Positions 37,954-46,451 of a stretch of 55,418 nt of DNA are shown here, one piece after another. The position numbers were made by a program, and so were the translations under genes. Under the pieces are notes generated by a model. That model saw nothing but the letters and a program-made list of their open reading frames with translations, was not told the DNA's origin and searched no databases. The stretch's first letter is position 1. Every line of letters begins with the position of its first letter. This DNA is from Nitrospinota bacterium. Lineage in GTDB: Bacteria > UBA8248 > JACPRG01 > G963555815. The DNA is taken from positions 1 to 55,418 of the forward strand of contig JBHIBA010000003.1 of NCBI GenBank assembly GCA_046758845.1, in the 5' to 3' direction.

Positions 37954-38853
37954 GTGAAGCGGTATAAGGACATCGTGGGGGATGCAGGCTCAAACATCAT
38001 TGGGCAAGTATCCGAGCAACAGGCGCGACTCGCGCAGCGTCTGGCCTCGGTGGAACACGTGGTTGCCGTTGTGAGCGGAAAGGGGGGGGTCGGAAAGAGC
38101 GTCTTAACTGTCAACCTGGCGACCGCTTTGGCGGAAGGTGGGCTCACGGTGGGGATCGTGGACGCCGACATCAACGGCCCGGCCATCGCCAAGATGACCG
38201 GGCTCCGGGGAAGGCGCCTCGGTCTTGGGGAAGAAGGGATTGAACCCCCTATCGGTCCGGCCGGCCTCCGGGTGATGTCCATGGACCTGCTTCTGCCCGC
38301 TGAGGCCGCGCCTGTCATCTGGGAGACATCGGTTCAGTCGAATGCCTATGTCTGGCGGGAAACCATGGAAATGGGGGCGCTGCGGGAGTTCCTCGCCGAC
38401 ACCCGATGGGGACGTCTGGACTTCCTGTTCGCCGACCTTCCCCCGGGAGCCGACCGAGTGCCCAACATCGTGGAGCTTCTGCCGCAGTTGAGCGGCCTCC
38501 TTTTCGTCACCGTGCCCTCGGAAGTTTCGCAGTTGGCGGTCAAAAGGTCTCTCAGCAGGGCCCAAGGTCTGGGCGCCTCGATCCTGGGGGTGGTGGAGAA
38601 CATGGCTGGATACTTCTGCCGGGAATGCGGGAAGGTTGGCCCTCTCTTCGAGGGCGGGGAGGCCGTCCGCGCCATGGCCGAGGAGGCGGGGGTCCCTTAT
38701 CTGGGGGCCGTCCCCTTCGACCCAGAGGTGGCGCGCTCGGCGGACGCCGGCGCCCCCCATGTCCTTGCCCGAGGGAAAGGTCCCGCCGCCGAAGCGATGA
38801 GGAAAATCGCTGAGACGATTCGGGTCTCGGTGATGTCCAACCCGTCCCATTGA
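37954..38853 (+). CDS. mrp: Mrp/NBP35 (ApbC) family Fe-S carrier ATPase
   Basis: SGKGGVGKS, DADINGP, DLPPG, GVVENM, CREC. Confidence 0.9.
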   Translation: MKRYKDIVGDAGSNIIGQVSEQQARLAQRLASVEHVVAVVSGKGGVGKSVLTVNLATALAEGGLTVGIVDADINGPAIAKMTGLRGRRLGLGEEGIEPPIGPAGLRVMSMDLLLPAEAAPVIWETSVQSNAYVWRETMEMGALREFLADTRWGRLDFLFADLPPGADRVPNIVELLPQLSGLLFVTVPSEVSQLAVKRSLSRAQGLGASILGVVENMAGYFCRECGKVGPLFEGGEAVRAMAEEAGVPYLGAVPFDPEVARSADAGAPHVLARGKGPAAEAMRKIAETIRVSVMSNPSH

Positions 38854-38870
38854 CCGGGGGAGATATTCTC

Positions 38871-39353
38871 ATGAAGTTTCTGTGCGTCCTTTGTAACGAG
38901 CCCATGCGGCTGGATGGGGTCGATGGACCTCATGAAGGCTCCGTCACTGTTTTCTTTCGGTGCCCAGAGTGCGCCCACCAGATCGCCCTTTTGACCAACC
39001 CTTGGGAGACCCAGCTGGTCAAGAGCCTGGGGGTTCAGGTTGGAGGCCGGAAGGATCCGGCCGCTCCCCTGGAACAGGTTCGAACCCATCTGGCCGATCA
39101 GGGGGGAGCGGGCGATGCCCCCGCGTGCCCCTTTTCGGCCCTCGTGGCTGAGGCGGAGGCGAGGCAGGAGAGGGGCCCTTCAACTTCGACCTCGGGTCTC
39201 TGGACGCCCGAGGCCGAGGCGCGGCTTCAGCGGGCGCCCGCTTTCGTTCGCCCGATGGCGCGCCAGGCCATCGAAACCTTCGCCAAAGAGCGGGGTTACG
39301 AGAGGATCACCGAGGCCGTTGTTGAGGAGGCCAGGTCTCAGGTCGGGATGTGA
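38871..39353 (+). CDS. zinc-ribbon / PCP_red domain protein
   Basis: CVLC...CPEC, CPF, WTPEAEARLQRAPAFVRPMARQAIE...ITEAVVEEAR. Confidence 0.85.
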   Translation: MKFLCVLCNEPMRLDGVDGPHEGSVTVFFRCPECAHQIALLTNPWETQLVKSLGVQVGGRKDPAAPLEQVRTHLADQGGAGDAPACPFSALVAEAEARQERGPSTSTSGLWTPEAEARLQRAPAFVRPMARQAIETFAKERGYERITEAVVEEARSQVGM

Positions 39354-39431
39354 CGGTTAGCAGCGTTTCTCCCCTCTTCGTCCGATTTGCTCTGGGCGGC
39401 GGTCTCATTTCCTCCTGACGGGAGGCGTGGC

Positions 39432-40283
39432 GTGAGTGAGCCTTCTCACCAGTCTGCCGGGCATTCGCCTGAGAATGGCGAAGTCGTGTGGACGCAGGAA
39501 GCCCTAGAGCGTGTAAAGAAGGCTCCGGAGTTTGTGCGCGCAGGGATCCGCAAGCTGATGCAAAAGCGGGCTAGGGAGCTGGGTCAGCCCATCATCACGT
39601 CGGAGTTCCTCACACAGATCCGAAACGAGTCCATGCTCCGGGTGGCCAAGAGCATGAAGAAGTTCGGGTTTGAGGAGCTTCGGATGGAGGCCTTCGATGT
39701 GGCCAAGTCGAAGATGTCCCGGAACCTTCGCAGGGGAGAGGTCATCGAGGAGATCAGGGGATTTCTGGCTGAGCGGACCTCCAAAAACGAGGAGATTCTG
39801 GAAAAGTTTAAGGCATATTTTCAAATCCTCCCCGACCGGGGCATCCCCTGGACCCCTGAGGCGAACGAGCGGCTGGACAAGTTGCCTCCTTCCGTGGCCT
39901 CCGTGGTGGCCCAGGCCGCCGAGGAAGGGGCTCGAAGGCGAAAGGAAAAAGTGGTCTCACCACAGCTCCTGGAGGCTGTGTTGAAGGATGTCCTCTCGCC
40001 GGAGGCTACGAAGACCGGGGAAGGCGAAGGCTCTTCCTTCTGGTCGGGACAGGAGCGCTTCCCCGCGCACCCTAAGGAAAGCGATCTCCCTCTGAGCCTT
40101 GAATGGGCCGAAGAGGCCCTCCAACGACTCCATCGGATACCCCTTCAATTTGCCCGGAATTTGGTCATTCAAAAAGTAGAGGGCTATGCCCAAAATCGGC
40201 GAATTCAAAAGATTACGCTGACCCTTTACCTTGAAGCCTCGGGTTCCTTCGGGGGGCCCTTCGGGAAGCGGCCACACCCTTGA
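39432..40283 (+). CDS. protein with three PCP_red-like repeats
   Basis: GGAGG RBS before GTG 39432; units WTQEALERV..AP, WTPEANERL..LP and WAEEALQRL..IP. Confidence 0.82.
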   Translation: MSEPSHQSAGHSPENGEVVWTQEALERVKKAPEFVRAGIRKLMQKRARELGQPIITSEFLTQIRNESMLRVAKSMKKFGFEELRMEAFDVAKSKMSRNLRRGEVIEEIRGFLAERTSKNEEILEKFKAYFQILPDRGIPWTPEANERLDKLPPSVASVVAQAAEEGARRRKEKVVSPQLLEAVLKDVLSPEATKTGEGEGSSFWSGQERFPAHPKESDLPLSLEWAEEALQRLHRIPLQFARNLVIQKVEGYAQNRRIQKITLTLYLEASGSFGGPFGKRPHP

Positions 40284-40400
40284 ATTCGGTGGGGATTGGT
40301 ATCACAGGAAAGTCTTGGGGGCACAAATCGATTTCGTTCATGACCATAGGACCCAACGTACGCGGAGCCGTGACCAATCTTGCTTGGGGAGAAGAGACAA

Positions 40401-40784
40401 ATGAAAAGGGGGCGGGCTTGGCCCCATCAGCGGCTGGCCATGCTCTTTGCGCTGGGGGTGGTGGTCATCTACATGTGGGCCTTCCGCGTCTTGAACCTCG
40501 AGAGTATCGATACGATTATCCCCTCTTCGGATCGAGGTCAGACAGTCTATGCCGAGGCCTGCGCCCGTTGCCACGGGGCCGGGGGAGAGGGGATTGGAAG
40601 GGTCCCTCCCTTCAGGGGCAAGGTCCTCGCCCCTGAGGTCGTCGCGGTGATCGTTCGGGTCGGGCGAGGATATATGCCTCGTTTTCCAGATATTCGGGGT
40701 CGTGCGCTGGACAATCTCTCCAAGTACGTCAACTGTCTGGCGAGGGACCACCTTCCGCGCTGCGCCGCTTCGTCCAGCCGTTGA
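40401..40784 (+). CDS. small membrane-anchored monoheme cytochrome c
   Basis: TM helix, CARCH, GRGYMP. Confidence 0.8.
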   Translation: MKRGRAWPHQRLAMLFALGVVVIYMWAFRVLNLESIDTIIPSSDRGQTVYAEACARCHGAGGEGIGRVPPFRGKVLAPEVVAVIVRVGRGYMPRFPDIRGRALDNLSKYVNCLARDHLPRCAASSSR

Positions 40785-42142
40785 CTCGCTCGCCCGTCGG
40801 AGAGGACGCCTTGGATCGCGTGTTTGCCATCTCCTGGAACCTGACCCGGCGGTGCAACCAGCACTGCGCCCACTGTTATATGAGCGCTTTCCCGCGAGCG
40901 GACCTTTCCGGGGAGCTCACCACCATCAAGTGCCTCCGGGTCATCGATGAGATCGCCGAAGTGAACCCCCACGTCTTCCTCATTCTGACGGGTGGCGAAC
41001 CGCTCCTGCGGAAGGATCTGTTCGACATTGCCGGCAGGGCCTCAGGCAAAGGCTTTACCGTGGTCCTCGGGAGCAACGGGACCCTCCTGAACCGCCGGAC
41101 GGCAGACCGGATGAAGGAGAGCGGGATCATGGGGGCCAGCATCAGTCTCGACTCGGTGGACCGCCGGAAGCACGATGCCTTCAGGGCACTCCCCGGCTCC
41201 TGGGACCGGGCCATCCGGGCCACCCGTGTCCTGAAGGAGGCGGGGCTCGACTTCTCCCTCCACTTCTCCGTCATGCCCTGGAACACGGGGGAAATCCCCG
41301 CCGTCGTCGATCTGGCGCGTGACCTGGGCGCCAGGGTCTTGAACGTGTTCTTCGTGGTACGGACAGGCCGGGGCCTGGGGGTCCCAGACATCGACGCCCG
41401 GGAGTGTGAGCGAGTGCTGAGGTTCCTGGCCCGGCTGAATCACGATGCCGAGCCGGGGAGGGCAGACCCCCTCGGCGAGGGGGACCCTTGGAGCCTCAGC
41501 GCGGGAAAAGTCAATGACCCCCTGGTTCGTGTGCGGTGCGCCCCCCATTTCCGGAGGGTGATCTACGAAATCGACCCCTGCTCTCCCAACCTGATGAATT
41601 ACGCCCACGGCGGATGCCCCGCTGGACGGCACTACTGCCGCATCGGCCCCGCGGGGGACGTGACCCCATGTCCCTATATCCCCCTCTCGGCCGGACGCCT
41701 GCGGGAGCGGAGCTTCGGGGAGATCTGGCGGGAGGCCGCCCTCTTTCAGGACTTTCGGAGCGCCGCCCTCGGTGGGCGTTGCGGGACCTGCGAGTTCCGC
41801 GAGATCTGTGGCGGGTGCCGGTGCAGGGCCTATGCGGCCACGGGCGACTACTTGGCCGAGGACCTGGCCTGCAGCTACCAGCCCGGCCGGTATGGGGGCT
41901 GTCTCATCACTTTGCCTGAAGAGCAGACTTTTGGGTTGGAGGTCGCATTTGAACTTTCCTGGGAGGGGGCGTCCAAGGCCAGGCTGATGAAGGTCCCCTC
42001 CTTCGCCAGGGGGATGGTCGTCAAGGCGGTTGAGGCCTTCGCGAGAGCGAAAGGTTCAAACCAGGTGACGCCGGAACTCCTCCAGGAGGCCCACGCGTCC
42101 TTTCTCAAAAAAGGTGGCATTCCCCCCTTTGTGACCTCCTGA
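40781..42142 (+). CDS. radical SAM/SPASM protein (AhbD/NirJ-like) with a C-terminal PCP_red domain
   Basis: CNQHCAHC, TGGEPL, CPAG...VTPC, CGTC...CGGCRCRA...C; WEGASKARLMKVPSFARGMV. Confidence 0.88.
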   Translation: MTRSPVGEDALDRVFAISWNLTRRCNQHCAHCYMSAFPRADLSGELTTIKCLRVIDEIAEVNPHVFLILTGGEPLLRKDLFDIAGRASGKGFTVVLGSNGTLLNRRTADRMKESGIMGASISLDSVDRRKHDAFRALPGSWDRAIRATRVLKEAGLDFSLHFSVMPWNTGEIPAVVDLARDLGARVLNVFFVVRTGRGLGVPDIDARECERVLRFLARLNHDAEPGRADPLGEGDPWSLSAGKVNDPLVRVRCAPHFRRVIYEIDPCSPNLMNYAHGGCPAGRHYCRIGPAGDVTPCPYIPLSAGRLRERSFGEIWREAALFQDFRSAALGGRCGTCEFREICGGCRCRAYAATGDYLAEDLACSYQPGRYGGCLITLPEEQTFGLEVAFELSWEGASKARLMKVPSFARGMVVKAVEAFARAKGSNQVTPELLQEAHASFLKKGGIPPFVTS

Positions 42143-42395
42143 CTTGTCCGCCTCAGTGACAAGACACAGACGGCCGATGGTGTAATCTTCCTTCCAGAAG
42201 TGGAAAGCTAAGTGGTCCAATAGGGGCATCGCCTGCGGGGGATAGCAGAGCGCCTTGATGCCCTTTTTCAATTATCGGTAATTCCGCAGTCCTCCTGACA
42301 CTAGCTGGCAAGACCTTGGCTTAAGCTTTCATCTTTCAATCGCTTTGAATGGCCCTCTAGCCTAGCTCTCCGGGTCCTTTTCTTGTTTCCATTCG

Positions 42396-42898
42396 CGAAT
42401 GATTGTGCTTTTTTTCACATTTGGCACCGGATTTGCGTCCTCTCTTAATGGGGAGGGTAAATCCATTGGGAACGTAGAGGTTTCAAGCTTATCTCCTGCT
42501 TCCGGGGGGAGAGGTTCAGGGCCGAGTCTGTGAGCGGAAAAGCCAATAACAACAAGGGGTTTCTGGGATCCCGTCAGGCCAGGGCCTTTAGGACACACCC
42601 CACGTCAACGGGCGAGGCGGCAACGCCTGAAGAGTCAGGTATGCGGGCCTTTGCATACTTTGCTCTCTCCCTCAAAGGGAGGGGAATTCATGCAGGGGGC
42701 CGGTTACTCCGAGGAATGGACAGCGATTTGCCATGCAAGGCTTTTCATAGCGGAACTCCTGTCACGAACCCCGGTCAAAGCTGGGTCCCGCTCGCGGTTC
42801 CGATCGCCCGCCCAGCCCCTGGCCGCAACTTGCCCCTTGCCGACAAACGACGGCCATCGCCAGGCGCAGTCCTCTACGCAAAGGAATGCGCAATTTGC
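42396..42898 (+). repeat. copy 2 of the promoter/leader duplication, ending in a cytochrome c remnant
   Basis: Collinear with 27461..28056 and ends with PSPGAVLYAKECAIC (copy 1 PSPGAALYAKECAICH). Confidence 0.85.
42422..42436 (+). promoter_or_regulatory. sigma54 (-24/-12) promoter
   Basis: TGGCAC-CGGAT-TTGC, identical to 27485..27499. Confidence 0.85.
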
Positions 42899-42924
42899 GC
42901 CAGAATCGAAGAAAATATCGCGCA

Positions 42925-44007
42925 ATGAGAAGGGGTTGGGCCATCATGGCGCTGCTCGGGTTCCTGGCGTTCGTGGGATCGAATTTGAACTCTGAGACAG
43001 AGGGGCCAAGGCCCTTTCCTCTCCGCTCGTCGTACGAAGAAGTCGGCTCGTTCCAGGTGAACCGGGCGCCTGTTGTCGACGGGAGAATGGAACCCCTGTG
43101 GGGGAAGGCACAGCCCCTTCGGGTGTGGACCTTCCCGATCCAGAAATTCGGGAATCGGAGGTTGATCCCCGTGGAACTCCGGTCGGTGCACACCGACACC
43201 GAGATCTTCTTCCTGATCCGATGGCGGGACGATACCCAAAGCCTCCATTTCAAGCCCTGGGTTTATGACGGCGAAGATTGGAAGGAGGAGAAAGACTTGG
43301 CCGACGACGCCTTGGCCTTCAACTGGAACATCTCCAGCCCCCTCTTCCCTATCATCGGCTGCAGGGCCCAGTGCCACCTTTCCTCATATCCCGAACGCAC
43401 CGGTCTGGCCCCCCATGACATGTGGACGAACCGGTCCGGTGCGAAGCTCGACCATTGGGAGTGGAGGGCGACCGAGACGGGCACGCTCGGCTGGATCAAA
43501 GACGGCCGCATCGATCATGTGGGCTTCGAGGCCTTCGTTGAGAAGAACCCGGGGCAGAAACCGCGGGGGCGGTACCTCGACGGGGGAAAGTACAACCCCG
43601 ATATTTTTCAATTCAACCTGGATCCGGCCACAGAGGACAGCCCGCAGTTTGTGCCGAACCCTGCAAAGGGCGGGGATCTTCACGCCCCGGCGATCCGGAT
43701 CACGGGACCGGATGCCGCGGTGCCATTGGACGAGGTTGACGAGGATATCTTCAGGCCTGGTGACAGGGTGGCGGGCATTCTCCTACCCGCTCAGGTCTCC
43801 AAAAAGCTGAGGGGAGACCTTGATGGGAAGGCCGTCTACGCCGACGGGCACTGGACGCTGGAGCTCAGGCGCAAGTTGATCACGCGGGACCCGGACGACA
43901 TCCAGTTCGATCTCCGAAAGGACGGCCCGTACCTCTTCGGCGTCGCCGTGTTCGACCATTCGGTCTATCACAACTTCTCTGACGTCGTCCGCCTGAGGTT
44001 CCGATGA
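42925..44007 (+). CDS. exported EB_dh-domain protein with a CX3CH motif
   Basis: Signal/TM, APVVDG...W, IRWRD, GCRAQCH, DHWEWRA, GHWTLELRRKL, FGVAVFD. Confidence 0.8.
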   Translation: MRRGWAIMALLGFLAFVGSNLNSETEGPRPFPLRSSYEEVGSFQVNRAPVVDGRMEPLWGKAQPLRVWTFPIQKFGNRRLIPVELRSVHTDTEIFFLIRWRDDTQSLHFKPWVYDGEDWKEEKDLADDALAFNWNISSPLFPIIGCRAQCHLSSYPERTGLAPHDMWTNRSGAKLDHWEWRATETGTLGWIKDGRIDHVGFEAFVEKNPGQKPRGRYLDGGKYNPDIFQFNLDPATEDSPQFVPNPAKGGDLHAPAIRITGPDAAVPLDEVDEDIFRPGDRVAGILLPAQVSKKLRGDLDGKAVYADGHWTLELRRKLITRDPDDIQFDLRKDGPYLFGVAVFDHSVYHNFSDVVRLRFR

Positions 44008-44447
44008 GACGGCATGGCCCTTCCTTACAACTCACCGTCATGACGATGGCCCTCATTTTTCTTTCGGGTCTCGCTGCATTTCCGGGGTTCTCCGCCATGG
44101 CTGTGGAAGAAAATGAACGCGCCCGTTATCTTTTCGGGCTCCATTGCGTGGTTTGCCACGGGGAAACGGGGGATGGGGATGGCCCCACGGCGTTGTCTCT
44201 CGACCCTCGGCCCCGTGACTTCAGTGATGAACGGATCATGAGGGAACGAACGGACCGTCAACTCTTTCGGGTGATCCGGGAAGGGGGGCCGGCCGAGGGA
44301 AAATCCGTCTGGATGCCTCCCTGGAGAGAAATCCTGAGCGACGACGACATTCGAGGGCTGGTTCGGTTCGTCCGCTCCTTCCTGCGCCTGAAGGGGTCAA
44401 GGGACTCCCCGTTACCCCGGAAAGAAGAGTCCGGGAGCAGTAAGTGA
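44004..44447 (+). CDS. monoheme cytochrome c
   Basis: Signal peptide, CVVCHG, PRPRDFS, WMPPW. Confidence 0.9.
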   Translation: MRRHGPSLQLTVMTMALIFLSGLAAFPGFSAMAVEENERARYLFGLHCVVCHGETGDGDGPTALSLDPRPRDFSDERIMRERTDRQLFRVIREGGPAEGKSVWMPPWREILSDDDIRGLVRFVRSFLRLKGSRDSPLPRKEESGSSK

Positions 44448-44502
44448 GGTTTGGCGGCAAATGGAAACGGGATCGACAGGTTCCCAGAGGAAGGTGAGGA
44501 CA

Positions 44503-45135
44503 ATGAAAACAGAATTCGCATTTGCTCCCTCCGGGTGGAGGATGTCCCTTTGGATCTCAGCAATCCTGCTCTTCCTCATGCTTCCGGCCCGGGCCCTGGG
44601 ATACGGGTATGGGGCGGTCCAGGTCGATCCGTTGATCAAATCGTACAAGGGTCTCAAGGAGACCCTGGCGAAAGGCTCGATGGACTGGGGCAAGGTGGAC
44701 GTCGAGATCAAAGGCAAAGAGGTCTGGAAGCTGGTCAAGCTCGTGGACGCCGACTACAACCAGAAGCTCTCAGCCTCCTTCGAGAGATCCCTGACCGCGA
44801 AGGACACAGCCAAGTTGACTGATACCTATGAAAGAACCCTCTACTACCTCGTTCGGCACAAGCTGGACCACGTGGAGGCGAACATCAAGAATTTCCGCGC
44901 GGCCAAGGCGATTATCAAAGGCGGCCGGGAGTATTACAAGGCCATCTCGCGCCGGGTGAAGCGAAAGGACCGAAAGGCTGACAAGACGATCCGCAAGGCG
45001 TTTCGGGCGGCGCTCAAGAGTCTAGGGTCCCCGGGCGCCTTCAGCGTCGGGAAGAAGGCGGCCGATGTCAATAAATTCTGTGCCCAGAAGAAACGAATCG
45101 AGGAGGCACTGGCTAGGGTCTTCGAAGGGGGATGA
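44503..45135 (+). CDS. secreted basic helical hypothetical protein
   Basis: Signal peptide; mature N-terminus YGYG, C-terminal LGSPGAFSVG; Lys/Arg rich. Start uncertain (44461, 44503 or 44542). Confidence 0.75.
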   Translation: MKTEFAFAPSGWRMSLWISAILLFLMLPARALGYGYGAVQVDPLIKSYKGLKETLAKGSMDWGKVDVEIKGKEVWKLVKLVDADYNQKLSASFERSLTAKDTAKLTDTYERTLYYLVRHKLDHVEANIKNFRAAKAIIKGGREYYKAISRRVKRKDRKADKTIRKAFRAALKSLGSPGAFSVGKKAADVNKFCAQKKRIEEALARVFEGG

Positions 45136-45254
45136 GGGAGAAGGGAGCGATTCCCCAGAGTTAAGAAGGTGGGGGCTGACCAACGCCCTAGGAAAGCAGA
45201 AGGTCAGCCCCCGGCCACCACACGGCAGCGCCGCGCGGGGCGGGAAAATAGTTA

Positions 45255-45288
45255 TCCCTCCCGGTGGGCGTTGTCAAACCGGGAGGGA
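45255..45288 (+). promoter_or_regulatory. hairpin overlapping the porin Shine-Dalgarno sequence
   Basis: Perfect 11-bp stem TCCCTCCCGGT/ACCGGGAGGGA; its 3' arm runs into GGAGG upstream of GTG 45294/45297. Confidence 0.6.
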
Positions 45289-45296
45289 GGAACGTG

Positions 45297-46382
45297 GTGA
45301 AGAAATGGCTGGGTGTTATGGGGGTCGTTGCGTTGGTCGCCTGGATGAGTCCCGGGGCGCTTGCACAAGTGGAAACACAACCGCTCCCTGAGGATCTTCC
45401 CGGGATCGACGAGATGATCTTCCACGGGTACATCGACTTTGAGTTCAAGGACGACGACTTCGCCGGCAAGGACCAGCAAGTTTTCGACAACCACCACTTC
45501 AACCTCTTCTTCGGGTCCCAGATCGCCTCGAACCTGCGGGCCCTTGGGGAGATCGAGATCGAGCACACGGGCGAGGAGTTCAAGGTGGAGTTTGCCGAGA
45601 TCGAGTGGAAACCCTTGGGCACCGACTGGCTGGAGCTTGTCGCCGGGGCGATCATCGTTCCCTTCGGCCTCGAGCTCCGCTACCACGCCTCGCCCAACAA
45701 CCTCCTCATCAGCCGTCCCTTGGCGGCCCGGTCCATCATTCCCGGGACCTGGACCGACCCGGGTGTCGTGGCGAGGGGGACGATCGCCACCGGGAACAAT
45801 TCAAGCTTCTTCTACCACGTCTATGCGAACAATGGCCTCAGCGACAAGGACAAGGACGGGGTCTTCGAGCAGAAGGATACAAAAACCGCTCGTGACGTCA
45901 ACGACGACAAGGCCCTGGGGTTCCAGATCGGCTTTTTGCCTTTCCCCGGACTTGAAGTCGGCGCTTCCTTTCAGACCGGGAAGTGGGACCTCAGCGAGGA
46001 CTTCCGCTACGTCATGTACGGTGGGCACGTGGATTTCAAGTACAAACCTTTCACCCTCCTTGCCGAAGGGGTAGTCTTGGACGTAGAAGGGAGCGCCGCG
46101 GGAGGCGGGGACGCAACCCTCCCCGGCTTCTACGTCCTCCTGGCGTATGACCCGATCCCCAAGTGGCAGGTCGTTGCCCGATTCGACTGGGTGGACAACG
46201 AGGACGGCGTCGTCTCGACCAAGCAGAGCATCACCCCGGGGGCGGACGAGCGCCAGGTCTCCATCGGCCTGTCCTACAAGCCTCAGCCCTGGCTGAAGCT
46301 CAAAGTCGAGTACTTCAACCGCGAACTGGAGCTCGAGGACGACCAAAACGCTTTCGGCTTCCAGGTCGTGGCCAACTGGTAG
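45297..46382 (+). CDS. outer-membrane porin (OprO/OprP-like beta-barrel)
   Basis: Signal peptide, alternating beta-strand pattern, EIEIEH, VEFAEIEW, terminal aromatic residue (FQVVANW). Confidence 0.82.
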   Translation: MKKWLGVMGVVALVAWMSPGALAQVETQPLPEDLPGIDEMIFHGYIDFEFKDDDFAGKDQQVFDNHHFNLFFGSQIASNLRALGEIEIEHTGEEFKVEFAEIEWKPLGTDWLELVAGAIIVPFGLELRYHASPNNLLISRPLAARSIIPGTWTDPGVVARGTIATGNNSSFFYHVYANNGLSDKDKDGVFEQKDTKTARDVNDDKALGFQIGFLPFPGLEVGASFQTGKWDLSEDFRYVMYGGHVDFKYKPFTLLAEGVVLDVEGSAAGGGDATLPGFYVLLAYDPIPKWQVVARFDWVDNEDGVVSTKQSITPGADERQVSIGLSYKPQPWLKLKVEYFNRELELEDDQNAFGFQVVANW

Positions 46383-46451
46383 GCCGAGTCGAGAACTACA
46401 GGGCCGATCGGCGCGGCGAGTCACCCGGCCCAGAGAACCTTGGAGGAGATC

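Noticed and set aside
42530-42928. 132-aa ORF as a functional cytochrome
   Set aside because: The heme motif is broken (CAICA); it is a remnant of the duplication.
27814-44447. Nitrite oxidoreductase or ethylbenzene dehydrogenase operon
   Set aside because: Only gamma-like EB_dh domains are present; there is no Mo-bisPGD alpha or Fe-S beta subunit in the window.
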